This document shows, one piece after another, positions 6,433-15,385 of a DNA stretch of 42,030 nt. The notes under the pieces were generated by a model. It had not been told where the DNA came from and did not search any database. It saw only the letters and a list, made by a program, of their open reading frames with translations. Positions within the stretch are counted from its first letter, which is position 1, and each line of letters opens with the position of its first letter. This stretch comes from a virus (Duplodnaviria > Caudoviricetes): IMG/VR virus record IMGVR_UViG_3300034110_000260, positions 1 through 42,030 of that record; one strand, written 5' to 3'. Both the position numbers and the translations under genes were made by a program.

Positions 6433-7875
6433 ATTCTCGCCACTATCGATGGCATCAAGCACCGATTCTGCATCATCCATAGACCAACCGCCCTCTGCTA
6501 GTTCGCGAATTGCTAAGTCTCGCGGCTTGAGTCCTGCAAGCACTAATTCCATAATCACGCGCACTTCTTCAACCGATAACTTCGACTTAGCGAATGTGCG
6601 AGGAAGGCTGATTACTACTTGATCCATGCTTTGCTCGATGGCATCAGCGCCCCATAACCCCTCAAACATGCCGCAGTATAAAATTGCTTTCTGATATGCA
6701 GATTCTAAGCCTTGAGCCAAAGCAACTAAGCGAGCATTATTCTCTGCTGCTGCAATCTCTGCTTCGGTAGCTGTTGCGGCTTTAACGTCACCTTGCAGCA
6801 CTGCGCCCATCTGCCGAGCTTCTTGTGTGTTGCGCTCAAAGTATGACTCGTATGGAGTCACTGACGTTTCACAGCCAATGACTTCAACTGTGCATCCTTC
6901 CGGTAGCGTGTTGCGACTGCCTGAGCCTGTTTCGATGTAGCTGCGCCCGTTTGCTGCCTCAAATTGCTCGATAAAGTTACTGCGCGCACCGAAAACGTAA
7001 GTAGTTGGTGGCAAGTTGCGAATAGTCTCTTTATATTCAGCGCTCATGCGGTAGCGAGCAAGTGCCAAGTCGCAAATCGGACTGATAAAGCCCATCTGCT
7101 TAGGCAATACGCCTGCTTTGATTTCTTCGTCTGATGCAAATGTAACCGGTAGCCAGGTTAATGCTGAGCCGCTAACAGTCATGTAACTGCGTTCGCCTTC
7201 TTCTAGTCCTGTTGAGCGTTTAACAATCTTTTGCTGGTAGTAATTGCCATCTTCGTCAAGCGCTAACACTAGGTAAGACTCTACATCGGCATGCGTTGCT
7301 GTGTACGGATCAAACTCTGTGCCATCTTCGCGTAGCATTATGTACGTCAACTGCATAGCGCCATTGATGCGCGAGAAATGCCAGTTAACCACTTTGTCGC
7401 GGTTGTAGGCTTTGATTGTGGCGCGAGGGTTAGCGCGCTTAACATCTTCGATTGACACATCAGTCAAATCAACTTCAGACAGCCCAAGATAATCAGATAC
7501 AAGGACCTGCCATTTAATAGGCATTAGCTCTGATGCTGTTTGCTCAATCATGCCTGTCAAGCTAGTGCCGTCATTATCGGCAGATTCTAGCAGGTAGCTC
7601 AGCCGCTCTGGGATTTGAATATCAGCTTCTTTTATCTTCATCCTGCCAAGCAATGATGCCAACGTCTGACCGCCATAGTTTTGATACTCAGCATTAGCAA
7701 TGTAAATCGCATAACGATTCTTAGCATCAACGGTTGTCTTGTCGCCGTCGCTCGGATGCGGCAATAAATCATACTGAGCTTGCTTAACAAAGAACTCACC
7801 AGCCAAGGCAATTCTTGTTTCTTCAATCTTCGGCAACATCAGCGCCGCTTCGGTGTGTAATGTAATCTGCTGCAT
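6421..7875 (-). CDS. Portal protein (DUF4055-like)
   Basis: 484 aa, LLPHP..RYAIYIANA.Y.N pattern, MGA..TATEA motif; position in head module. Confidence 0.8.
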   Translation of the reverse strand: MQQITLHTEAALMLPKIEETRIALAGEFFVKQAQYDLLPHPSDGDKTTVDAKNRYAIYIANAEYQNYGGQTLASLLGRMKIKEADIQIPERLSYLLESADNDGTSLTGMIEQTASELMPIKWQVLVSDYLGLSEVDLTDVSIEDVKRANPRATIKAYNRDKVVNWHFSRINGAMQLTYIMLREDGTEFDPYTATHADVESYLVLALDEDGNYYQQKIVKRSTGLEEGERSYMTVSGSALTWLPVTFASDEEIKAGVLPKQMGFISPICDLALARYRMSAEYKETIRNLPPTTYVFGARSNFIEQFEAANGRSYIETGSGSRNTLPEGCTVEVIGCETSVTPYESYFERNTQEARQMGAVLQGDVKAATATEAEIAAAENNARLVALAQGLESAYQKAILYCGMFEGLWGADAIEQSMDQVVISLPRTFAKSKLSVEEVRVIMELVLAGLKPRDLAIRELAEGGWSMDDAESVLDAIDSGENLTV

Positions 7876-7908
7876 GTTGCGCCTCTAATCGTTTTTAATA
7901 GTTTACTG

Positions 7909-9006
7909 CTAAATGCCAATCTTAGCAAAAGCCTTGCTGTCTCGCTCGCGTAACTGCTCTAATGTTAACGGATTGCCAAAGGTGTCAGTCATGCTTTCAA
8001 TCTTCAATCCGCCATCCAAGAACAGCTCTGCGCGAGTCTTGCCGAGTGAGTCAATAACGAACTCTCTCGACTGTTGGCGCAACCATGCGTCCGGTGAAAT
8101 ATCAGCAGGCACTTGCTCAATCTTGAACGTGCCGAGGTCTTTGCGCCCTTTGTAAGTCGGCTTTTTATCGTCATCAGTTGGATAGTCAGCGCCTGAGCCG
8201 ATTGCAGGAGCCATGCCAATAGGCTTGTCTTGACCTTCTAGCAGATAAACATAACTTGACCTGCATCTGAAATGCCGAGGCAATCTAACATAGCTGTCAT
8301 CTTCTAGCTGCCATGTGCGACCATGTAAAGAGCGGCAACCAAGTGATGTGCGATTGTCGAGCATTGCAAGAAAGTAACGCTTGTCGATTATATCGCGGTT
8401 ATCAACTGCCATTGCCTCTCGTGCGCTTTGTGCGTAGTGCATGACGCCTGTGCGAGCCAACGCTTCAGCTTGTTGCTTAGCTAGCCCTTCGTTGAAAGTC
8501 TTGAGTGACTTAGTGATTTGCTGAACTGTTGCGCCGCGAGTGTAGCCAATCTTCACAAGGTTATTGTATTGCTGTGCGTATTCTTGAGTCGCAGTGTTTA
8601 CAAACTCAGCCCATGCGCCAACCTTTGCGCGCTCGCCTTCGCCAAGTACCATTAAAGCCGCATTGACATAATCAATAATTGACTTACTGACTGGAGTAGC
8701 CAACTCGACATCATTCCATTTGCCTATTAACTCTGCATAGTAGCTAGACTCGTAAACCGCCAGCGATTGCAACTCTTTAGTTGCTTCTTGCCAGCCTGCC
8801 GAGTAAATCTCTGTGACTGACTTGCCAATAGCTTTCGTTATCCGGTTAAGCTGCGCTGCGCTCTTAATTTCTTCCTGAGCTAACAGGATTTCGCGCACCG
8901 ACTTGTAAGCATCTGCAAGCGACGGGTAGACATTAGTTTTTAGCAAGCCAGTCGCCACTCGTTGCAGCATTGCTTCATGGCGTAGTTGATCAGCGGTTAG
9001 ACTCAT
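7909..9006 (-). CDS. Minor head morphogenesis protein (SPP1 gp7 / MuF family)
   Basis: LARTGV..LDNRTSLGCRSLHG..LPRHFRCRS MuF motifs. Confidence 0.88.
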   Translation of the reverse strand: MSLTADQLRHEAMLQRVATGLLKTNVYPSLADAYKSVREILLAQEEIKSAAQLNRITKAIGKSVTEIYSAGWQEATKELQSLAVYESSYYAELIGKWNDVELATPVSKSIIDYVNAALMVLGEGERAKVGAWAEFVNTATQEYAQQYNNLVKIGYTRGATVQQITKSLKTFNEGLAKQQAEALARTGVMHYAQSAREAMAVDNRDIIDKRYFLAMLDNRTSLGCRSLHGRTWQLEDDSYVRLPRHFRCRSSYVYLLEGQDKPIGMAPAIGSGADYPTDDDKKPTYKGRKDLGTFKIEQVPADISPDAWLRQQSREFVIDSLGKTRAELFLDGGLKIESMTDTFGNPLTLEQLRERDSKAFAKIGI

Positions 9007-9172
9007 CTATTAAATCTCTCAATGCTGTAGCTAGTATTTGAAGCATTATGGCTTTATCGCCGTTATAAGGCAAACCCTGAGCCATGCGGCGTATATCTGT
9101 TAAGCATAAAACGTGAACAGCTTCAGCAGTTGCAACAACAATATGCGGCTGATGCTCTGACAGGTTTATCAT
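8990..9172 (-). CDS. Hypothetical protein
   Basis: ATG at 9172 coupled to terL stop. Confidence 0.6.
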   Translation of the reverse strand: MINLSEHQPHIVVATAEAVHVLCLTDIRRMAQGLPYNGDKAIMLQILATALRDLIDESNR

Positions 9173-10419
9173 CTGCGGCCCCATGCTAGCGGTGCTGTGA
9201 TTGGTCTAACAATCGGCATCAGGTAGCAGACAGGATAACCAAAGGCGTCAGATTGATGGTCAAGCCCACCTTTCTTGTCAGGCTCGCCGTTGTTGTCGTA
9301 TGGCTGCTGCTCGATGCACTTTGCTGACTCCGGACATGCTACGGCATTAATCCACAAGCGCCCTTCTTCAAAGGCTTTGTTAACAGATATAACCCTGTCT
9401 TTAACTCTTGGGTTTGAATCGTGCGCAATGACTGAAAACTTGGCATTCTCAAGCAGACCAATATCAGACAAAGAAGCGCCTTTGCTGCTTGTGTTCTTGC
9501 CGCTTGCGTCAGGATAGATTGATATTTTGTGACCTTGCGATTGCCAACGCTCTTGAATGAGCTTAATCATGTAAGGCGTATCTTGTCCGCCGCTAATCTC
9601 TGCGACTTGGTGCATCCCTGTTGGACGCTGCACGAATACGCAAGCGGCCATTTTGCCGACGTTAAAATCCATGCCGATGATTAAGTGATCATGCGGTTGT
9701 ATAACTTCGTGCGAATTGCAGCGCTGCCGATTGTATGACGGGTAAACGCTGCCGGATGTAAGGTTAACAAACTGCCCGCGCAAATAGGCTTGAATTAAGC
9801 CTGCCGGATAAGTCTCTAACAGAGTATCGATATAATCCGGCGGTAGATAGTCTGCGTTCTCATAAGTCGAAGCCTGCACCATTGAGTAGCTTTGTGTTGG
9901 ATTCTCTTTAAATTTACTGTAAACGAATAAAAACCCTTCCGGCGTAGTTGTAACACCTATTCCGTTTTCGACACCTGGAATAACCAAGCGCAAGCGGGCC
10001 ACTATTTTATTCCATGCAAGAGTAGCTTTGTTTTTTGGTAGCGTGTCGATTTCATCAACCAACGCTCGCGCAATCTTAAAGCCTACGATAGATGCAGGAT
10101 TATCCATTGATCGACAAATCACAGTCCCGTAATAAACGCGCCCGCGATAGATGTGAACTTCTTTGTGGCTTTCGATAATATCAACGCGAAAGCCCATCAT
10201 TTCTGCGGCTTCGGTAAATGTCGGATAGAAAATATCCCTTATCGAAGGATAAGAAGTGCCAAAGTAACCCTGTACTGTCTTTGGGTTCTGGCTTGCGAAT
10301 ATCAGCAAATCCAAGCAGCCAACAAACGTCTTGCCTGAGCCAAAACCGCCAACGTAAGCGCGATATTTGGTATTCAGGCCATTAAGGAAGATATTCTGCG
10401 GTGCGCTAAGGCTTAGCAT
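9169..10419 (-). CDS. terL: Terminase large subunit
   Basis: Walker A GGFGSGKT, Walker B ALVDE, TTTPEG, nuclease GMDFN and DHQSDA. Confidence 0.95.
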   Translation of the reverse strand: MLSLSAPQNIFLNGLNTKYRAYVGGFGSGKTFVGCLDLLIFASQNPKTVQGYFGTSYPSIRDIFYPTFTEAAEMMGFRVDIIESHKEVHIYRGRVYYGTVICRSMDNPASIVGFKIARALVDEIDTLPKNKATLAWNKIVARLRLVIPGVENGIGVTTTPEGFLFVYSKFKENPTQSYSMVQASTYENADYLPPDYIDTLLETYPAGLIQAYLRGQFVNLTSGSVYPSYNRQRCNSHEVIQPHDHLIIGMDFNVGKMAACVFVQRPTGMHQVAEISGGQDTPYMIKLIQERWQSQGHKISIYPDASGKNTSSKGASLSDIGLLENAKFSVIAHDSNPRVKDRVISVNKAFEEGRLWINAVACPESAKCIEQQPYDNNGEPDKKGGLDHQSDAFGYPVCYLMPIVRPITAPLAWGRR

Positions 10420-10807
10420 TCGTTATTTCTATGCTGTCTGCTGCATGTCTAACTTCAAAAGTGATCGCCAATGGCTGTGCTTTTGTTTCTTCATCTTCAT
10501 CAGCCGGAGCTTTATCAGTCCATTTGAATCTGTTGGCAAAGTACAGCTTCACAAGTGGCGCGTTAACCTCTCTCGAAAGCATCATGTCTTCTAGCTTAGT
10601 TTCCCAAGCTGCTTGGCTCCACTCTTGCGCCAGCGTTAATGCGTCCGAAAAATCTTGATGCTCTTGCGCCCACAGATAGACAGTTGACTTGCTAACTCGA
10701 AGCTCAAAAGCGAACTGAGTCACAGATTTGCCTTGTACGCCGACAAACTCTAAAGCTCGCTCGATGTATTCAGGTTTGTATTTAGATGGTCGCCCTAACT
10801 CACTCAT
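10406..10807 (-). CDS. terS: Terminase small subunit
   Basis: GRPSKYKPEY followed by HTH (VSKSTVYLWAQEHQDFSDAL); immediately upstream of terL; ATG 10807 preferred (GTG 10816 possible). Confidence 0.85.
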   Translation of the reverse strand: MSELGRPSKYKPEYIERALEFVGVQGKSVTQFAFELRVSKSTVYLWAQEHQDFSDALTLAQEWSQAAWETKLEDMMLSREVNAPLVKLYFANRFKWTDKAPADEDEETKAQPLAITFEVRHAADSIEITNAKP

Positions 10808-10808
10808 A

Positions 10809-10842
10809 TCAAGCACCGCTCAATAAACACCAGCACCGCTGG
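10809..10842 (-). promoter_or_regulatory. Twin GCGGUGC hairpin operator in terS leader
   Basis: CCAGC-GGT-GCTGG (10842-10830) and TTGAGC-GGT-GCTTGA (10823-10809), 20 nt apart. Confidence 0.65.
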
Positions 10843-10863
10843 CAGATTTGTTGAGTATAGCGC

Positions 10864-10888
10864 AAAAGAAAGCCGCTATAAAGCGGCT
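10864..10888 (-). terminator. Terminator ahead of packaging genes, followed by -10-like TATACT (10859-10854)
   Basis: AGCCGC-tttata-GCGGCT-TTCTTTT. Confidence 0.7.
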
Positions 10889-11102
10889 ATTTACTCAGCA
10901 TCTTCATAAGCAGAATCGGCCACAATATCAAGCAGATTAGAAATATGCCAATATCAGCAAGCATTGAGCGGTCTAGCTCTTTGTCATCAATTTTCATTTC
11001 GTCAATAAGCATTTCTTTAATTGTCTTGCCGATAAAGCTAGTCTTTGCCCAATGATTGCACATTGCTGCGCCGATTAAATACATGATTGCGTATTGCATC
11101 AT
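10887..11102 (-). CDS. Small 2-TM membrane protein
   Basis: Hydrophobic ends, ILWPILL motif. Confidence 0.65.
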   Translation of the reverse strand: MMQYAIMYLIGAAMCNHWAKTSFIGKTIKEMLIDEMKIDDKELDRSMLADIGIFLICLILWPILLMKMLSK

Positions 11103-11269
11103 TCTAATTCCGTAATATCAAGCTCAACAATATCATCAATACAAGTCTTATGCTCAACTGCCAGTTCATAAACCATAGGCTGCACAAGTGCTAGCATGTT
11201 GCTTGCTGTGATTTCGGTCTCGATGTAATCGCCTGCGCGTGTTGTTGCTGCTATGCGGTATGTGTTCAT
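11099..11269 (-). CDS. Hypothetical protein
   Basis: Start MNTYRI with GGAG SD, coupled to neighbours. Confidence 0.6.
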   Translation of the reverse strand: MNTYRIAATTRAGDYIETEITASNMLALVQPMVYELAVEHKTCIDDIVELDITELE

Positions 11270-11436
11270 GCTATCAACTCCTTGCTTGCTGATACTGTGC
11301 CAATGCAAACCACTTTAAAAAGCTCAGGCTTGTCTTTGTGCCAGTTGCTTAGCGTTTGCAGTGACACTCCTGTCAACTGCGTTACTTGTGAAAGGCTTTT
11401 GCATCCGAGCGCTTTTGCTGTTTGTGATGGTGTCAT
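11266..11436 (-). CDS. Small HTH DNA-binding protein (56 aa)
   Basis: Hand translation MTPSQTAKALGCKSLSQVTQLTGVSLQTLSNWHKDKPELF...; GGAG SD. Confidence 0.7.
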   Translation of the reverse strand: MTPSQTAKALGCKSLSQVTQLTGVSLQTLSNWHKDKPELFKVVCIGTVSASKELIA

Positions 11437-11450
11437 TTTCTTTCTCCAAG

Positions 11451-12203
11451 TTAAAACATATCCAATTGAATTTCAGACCTTGAGTACGATACTTTTTTTA
11501 TTAAATTTATAGAGTCTGCCGAATTTAACTGCTCTATCCTTTCCACTAAAACGGCAGCTCTAGTCTCTTTGCTAGCTGGCTGATATGTTCCTCGCCAAGC
11601 GCTATCTATGCCGATATTGCGCGCTACATTTGTGCTATCTGCTGATGACAAAGGAAGTCTAGAAAAAACAACCGGATTAAGCATACGCAGACCATGCAAC
11701 TTACATATTGGCCTTCCGTTTCTATCGCAGATATGCGGCAACACATCAGCCATGCGATCAATTAATCGCTCCGGCTTAGATACGTCATATTCGCCAGAGC
11801 TGCCAATTGCTACTGTTGGCCATTCATTTGCCAGCATAACTAAGCGATCAATTGATTCGTTTGTATGCCAAACTGCCGCAGCTTGATGCTTTTTAAACGG
11901 CCAATCATCAAGAAGGCTGTTGTTTTCTTCTTCTGAGCCTTCAATCACGTCAGGAACTACAGCAAAGTCAAATCCTGGATGATTGCGCCACAAATCAACC
12001 CACTTAAAATATGAATCCCAATCGATGGATTTTCCTGATTTCCAAAAGCTAAAAGCTCCATTATCAAGTGAAAAGCTCTGACAAATCTCAGCAGCCAAAC
12101 CTAGCTGCCGATAATCCGCAAAACTTATAAATGCGTGCCTCCCTTTCCATGTCTTTATTGCGCATGGATCGGGAGTGATTGGGCCGCCATGGTAATGAAT
12201 CAT
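11451..12203 (-). CDS. TGT/DpdA-like base-exchange transglycosylase (putative)
   Basis: Ordered motifs LDNGAF, PDVI, VWH, VAIGS, LHGL, SADST as in the TGT/DpdA TIM barrel. Confidence 0.6.
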   Translation of the reverse strand: MIHYHGGPITPDPCAIKTWKGRHAFISFADYRQLGLAAEICQSFSLDNGAFSFWKSGKSIDWDSYFKWVDLWRNHPGFDFAVVPDVIEGSEEENNSLLDDWPFKKHQAAAVWHTNESIDRLVMLANEWPTVAIGSSGEYDVSKPERLIDRMADVLPHICDRNGRPICKLHGLRMLNPVVFSRLPLSSADSTNVARNIGIDSAWRGTYQPASKETRAAVLVERIEQLNSADSINLIKKVSYSRSEIQLDMF

Positions 12204-12206
12204 TAC

Positions 12207-12407
12207 TCAAAAAGCCGTTGATAAAATTTCAGATCTGCGCTCTATAATGCAAGCGTAAGATTTTACGAAATCTTCCACTGAAGCAATGTTGTTGCCTTCA
12301 ATCCATTCTGCATAATCGGAACTATCCCAACACTCAACGCAAGAGTCATATCCGTTCTCATAGTTAGAACGGCAGAATTGTTTGATTTCTAAAATTAATG
12401 TTTTCAT
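12207..12407 (-). CDS. Hypothetical protein
   Basis: First ORF after promoter 12453-12480; GGA SD. Confidence 0.65.
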   Translation of the reverse strand: MKTLILEIKQFCRSNYENGYDSCVECWDSSDYAEWIEGNNIASVEDFVKSYACIIERRSEILSTAF

Positions 12408-12452
12408 TTTTACTTTCCAATTTCGCTGGCGGAATTGCCTTGCTATGTGCTG

Positions 12453-12480
12453 ATTATAGCAAACAGTTTTATTATTGCAA
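12453..12480 (-). promoter_or_regulatory. Sigma70-like promoter TTGCAA-16-TATAAT with extended TG
   Basis: Direct reading. Confidence 0.75.
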
Positions 12481-12481
12481 A

Positions 12482-12934
12482 CTATTTTATCAACTCCAAT
12501 AAGTTATCAATCAATATCTGCTCAGTCAAATCATCCACAAAAGCTGGTGGAGTAGGTACGGCGCACCATGAAGCATCAACAACTTTACACTTGCCTTTGC
12601 AGTCGTCGATCATTTCACCATGCTCTTTGCGAAGCCACTCAGTCAACGCGCTGTGCTTATACGGCGCTGCTAATCGCGTCCACTTGGTCAGCGTTTTAGT
12701 CTTTCCGTTGCGCTCGACTGCATTAACCACCAATAAGATGGCCCATTTAAACGCAGTGCGGTCTAAAGCCTGTGCGATAGACTGACCTACCGCTTCAGGT
12801 TTCGACGTCTTGTAGTTGATTACATCAACGCCTTTATCTACTTCTGACAGTTTCATAGTCAACGCCAAGTTGCGCATTGCTATGATTGATTGGGTGATTA
12901 GTCGCTTGTTTTGGTTGTGGGGTTTTCTTTTCAT
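12482..12934 (-). CDS. Hypothetical protein
   Basis: 150-aa ORF in operon orientation. Confidence 0.7.
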   Translation of the reverse strand: MKRKPHNQNKRLITQSIIAMRNLALTMKLSEVDKGVDVINYKTSKPEAVGQSIAQALDRTAFKWAILLVVNAVERNGKTKTLTKWTRLAAPYKHSALTEWLRKEHGEMIDDCKGKCKVVDASWCAVPTPPAFVDDLTEQILIDNLLELIK

Positions 12935-12959
12935 TCCGATTATCCAAAGCGCCGAAGCG

Positions 12960-13829
12960 CTATTTCATACAGTTAAAAATGTGGGCGATAACGTCAACCG
13001 TCCAGCCGTTAATCAGCACCTTATAAGCCTGACTGTTACTTACCGCAGCAGTGTAACCATCTGGCACTGTTTGCAGCTTTTCGCAATGATCAACTGAATA
13101 TCTGAAAACGCGCGGATCGCTATGAATATCAATCCTGCCTGTCTTAGTTAGTGGAATGTGTGCGCCTTTCATAACAACAACATCCATTTGACTGTGGTTG
13201 CCTGCCGCATTAGCAGTTCCAGTCAAGCAGGTTGACTTTTTGCTTGAAGGTCTTGCTTTGTTTGGCTTGTCTTTTTGGTATATGTCAAAGCTGTCATCTG
13301 GTAAGCCTATAACATCAGCCAACACAATTCCTTTATCTTCTGGCTGAGTTATTTCCCAATTCGCCCAGTAGTAACGCTGTCTGTTCTGAGCGCTAACTAG
13401 GTTAGAGTTTATAAATACTGGCTCAACTCCAAGCATTTCAGTAATAACCGCCAGATGCTCTTTCTTCATATTGACATTCTCAAGTAAGAATTTTACATCA
13501 GGATTAACTGAGCGGATATGATTCAAAATATCCACGTACACAAAAAACAATTTGCTTCTTGGGTCATCAAAAGCCAGTTGCTTACCTGCAAAGCTAAAGC
13601 CTTGACATGGCGAGCCGCCGATCAATAAATCAATACTCTCCCAATCAATGCTCCAATCTCGCCAGCCTGTAACATCGCCAAGCCGGATTATGTCTGGATA
13701 GTTAGCTTGCGATACCTGAGTTGCAAACTTGTCGATTTCGCTTGCATAGTATTTATCAACTTTTAAGCCTGCGCGTTCTGCTGCAATCATGCCGCAACTC
13801 ATTCCGTCGAATAAAGATAAAATATTCAC
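12960..13829 (-). CDS. DNA cytosine-5 methyltransferase
   Basis: LSLFDG (motif I), GGSPCQGFS (IV), LLENV (VI), QNRQRYYW (VIII), NGW (X). Confidence 0.95.
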   Translation of the reverse strand: MNILSLFDGMSCGMIAAERAGLKVDKYYASEIDKFATQVSQANYPDIIRLGDVTGWRDWSIDWESIDLLIGGSPCQGFSFAGKQLAFDDPRSKLFFVYVDILNHIRSVNPDVKFLLENVNMKKEHLAVITEMLGVEPVFINSNLVSAQNRQRYYWANWEITQPEDKGIVLADVIGLPDDSFDIYQKDKPNKARPSSKKSTCLTGTANAAGNHSQMDVVVMKGAHIPLTKTGRIDIHSDPRVFRYSVDHCEKLQTVPDGYTAAVSNSQAYKVLINGWTVDVIAHIFNCMK

Positions 13830-14113
13830 TTGCGATACTCCTGCGCCAACTTCATGCTTTGACGGTCTAGCCAGGCATCAGCAAACTTAGTCAAAACATT
13901 CGCGCAAGTTGCCGGGTCAGCGCCAATGAAAAGCATTTGAATTGCCTTGATGCAGTCGGTGTCGAATGAAGCATCTTGGTCAATCTCCTGAATGAAGTCG
14001 CTCGGCTTCATATCGCTGCGAATCTGCTGCGCCAAGTGCTCCAATCGCGCTTGCTCTAGGCTGTCGCGCTCGCCTTGATGGTCGATTGTTAGCCAAAAGT
14101 CGTGTACTGTCAT
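13826..14113 (-). CDS. Hypothetical protein
   Basis: Coupled to both neighbours. Confidence 0.65.
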   Translation of the reverse strand: MTVHDFWLTIDHQGERDSLEQARLEHLAQQIRSDMKPSDFIQEIDQDASFDTDCIKAIQMLFIGADPATCANVLTKFADAWLDRQSMKLAQEYRK

Positions 14114-14328
14114 TCTTCCACCTCTGGCGCTGCTGGTAGTGGCATCCAGTGAGTAACTTCTCTGCCATCTGCCATTTCATCAAATGGGAAAACAAACCCT
14201 GCAAATACACCTTCTTTTGCTCCATGCCAATAAACACCCCAGCCAACCGCCATTTCTCCATCGTCAAAGCGAGTTAGAACGTTTACATGACCTTCTGGAG
14301 TCATATCAAAAATACTAATCCATTTCAT
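14110..14328 (-). CDS. DUF551-family protein
   Basis: MKWISI...VTHWMPLPAAP signature. Confidence 0.85.
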   Translation of the reverse strand: MKWISIFDMTPEGHVNVLTRFDDGEMAVGWGVYWHGAKEGVFAGFVFPFDEMADGREVTHWMPLPAAPEVEE

Positions 14329-14492
14329 TTCTTCAACTCCCCAATCACAAAACCAGTTCCACATTTAGATTTAATCAGCTCGCCTTGTGCGATTAAGCGT
14401 TTTGCAATCTCAAGGCTATTTGGCCCCAATTCCGACAGCCGCAGCACGCCGTTGGTGGCTTTTTGTTTTACTTGGTATGTAAGACCTTTCAT
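14325..14492 (-). CDS. Hypothetical protein (55 aa)
   Basis: Hand translation MKGLTYQVKQKATNG...; ATGA coupling at both ends. Confidence 0.55.
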   Translation of the reverse strand: MKGLTYQVKQKATNGVLRLSELGPNSLEIAKRLIAQGELIKSKCGTGFVIGELKK

Positions 14493-14716
14493 TTCGTTTT
14501 CTCCAATTCTGCAAGTAGTGCGTCGGCTAAAGATACGGCGACAGCACCTAATTTTAAGTTATCACTGCCAGTTGGCCCTATATTCAGCTTTACAGTTGCG
14601 TTTGCTAATAACCCCTGCATAGCCGCCATAGCGAACACTTCTCTTTTTGTTAAGCCGCAAAAAATATCTCCGCCATTAACCTGAGTTGGCATTGCCGATA
14701 AATCACCGTTTTTCAT
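14489..14716 (-). CDS. Conserved small phage protein
   Basis: GLTKREVFAMAAMQGLLA..ADALLAEL motif common in phages. Confidence 0.8.
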   Translation of the reverse strand: MKNGDLSAMPTQVNGGDIFCGLTKREVFAMAAMQGLLANATVKLNIGPTGSDNLKLGAVAVSLADALLAELEKTK

Positions 14717-14889
14717 TCCTCTTCCCCTTTGTAATCAGTCTCTGCCGTCTTAATCCAAACAGCGCCTTGCTCGTCAATCTTAGCGCCTGCCTTGACCCAA
14801 CGATCAACAGTCGCATGGCATCGGTTAAGCACCTTGCCAGTTTTGCGCAGGCTGCCGTATTTGCGCACTAGGTCTGATATTGGTTTCAT
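14713..14889 (-). CDS. Cro-like HTH protein (58 aa)
   Basis: Hand translation MKPISDLVRKYGSLRKTGKVLNRCHATVDRWVKAG...; coupled at both ends. Confidence 0.65.
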   Translation of the reverse strand: MKPISDLVRKYGSLRKTGKVLNRCHATVDRWVKAGAKIDEQGAVWIKTAETDYKGEEE

Positions 14890-15110
14890 TGCAAATCCCC
14901 AAACATAATGTCGTCAATCTTAAAGGCGACCAGACCAATAGACTCGCGACCATCTGAATAAACCCACTGAAAACAATTCGTTTCAGGAATTCGCTTCATC
15001 TTGCGAGACAACCCGCAGCGCTCGCATTTTTCGCAAGTTGGCACTTGCCATTCATTAGTGTGTGTCACTTCGACATTGTGACCAAACACTTTGCATAAGA
15101 ATTTTTTCAT
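14886..15110 (-). CDS. DUF1660-like small Zn-finger phage protein
   Basis: MKKFLCKVFGH...CERCG. Confidence 0.7.
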   Translation of the reverse strand: MKKFLCKVFGHNVEVTHTNEWQVPTCEKCERCGLSRKMKRIPETNCFQWVYSDGRESIGLVAFKIDDIMFGDLQ

Positions 15111-15111
15111 A

Positions 15112-15312
15112 TTAATAAACTCCACATTCAGACATGCGCTCACGCATATTTGTGTAAATATCACCGATATGGATCGCGTTAATTGCAGCATCAGCCCATT
15201 GAGTTCTTGGGATGTTGTCAATCATCCAAGACTCTAAGCGATCAGCCTGCTCCTGCGTAGGATTATCGCCAAGCGCTTCGACCATCATCATAAACTTTTC
15301 AAATTGTTTCAT
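15112..15312 (-). CDS. Hypothetical protein
   Basis: GGAG SD; first gene after promoter 15339-15366. Confidence 0.7.
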   Translation of the reverse strand: MKQFEKFMMMVEALGDNPTQEQADRLESWMIDNIPRTQWADAAINAIHIGDIYTNMRERMSECGVY

Positions 15313-15338
15313 TTCATCTCTCCGTCATTGTTTAGGCA

Positions 15339-15366
15339 AGTGTATCAGATATGCGCCAATGGTCAA
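15339..15366 (-). promoter_or_regulatory. Sigma70-like promoter TTGACC-16-TACACT with extended TG
   Basis: Direct reading; similar to 4194-4221. Confidence 0.7.
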
Positions 15367-15385
15367 GCCGAAAGTTGCTTTATTT

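Noticed and set aside
9188-10405. Further GCGGTGC cores near 9189 and 10398
   Set aside because: Single copies, opposite orientation, inside coding sequence, weak or no stem and no 20-nt partner
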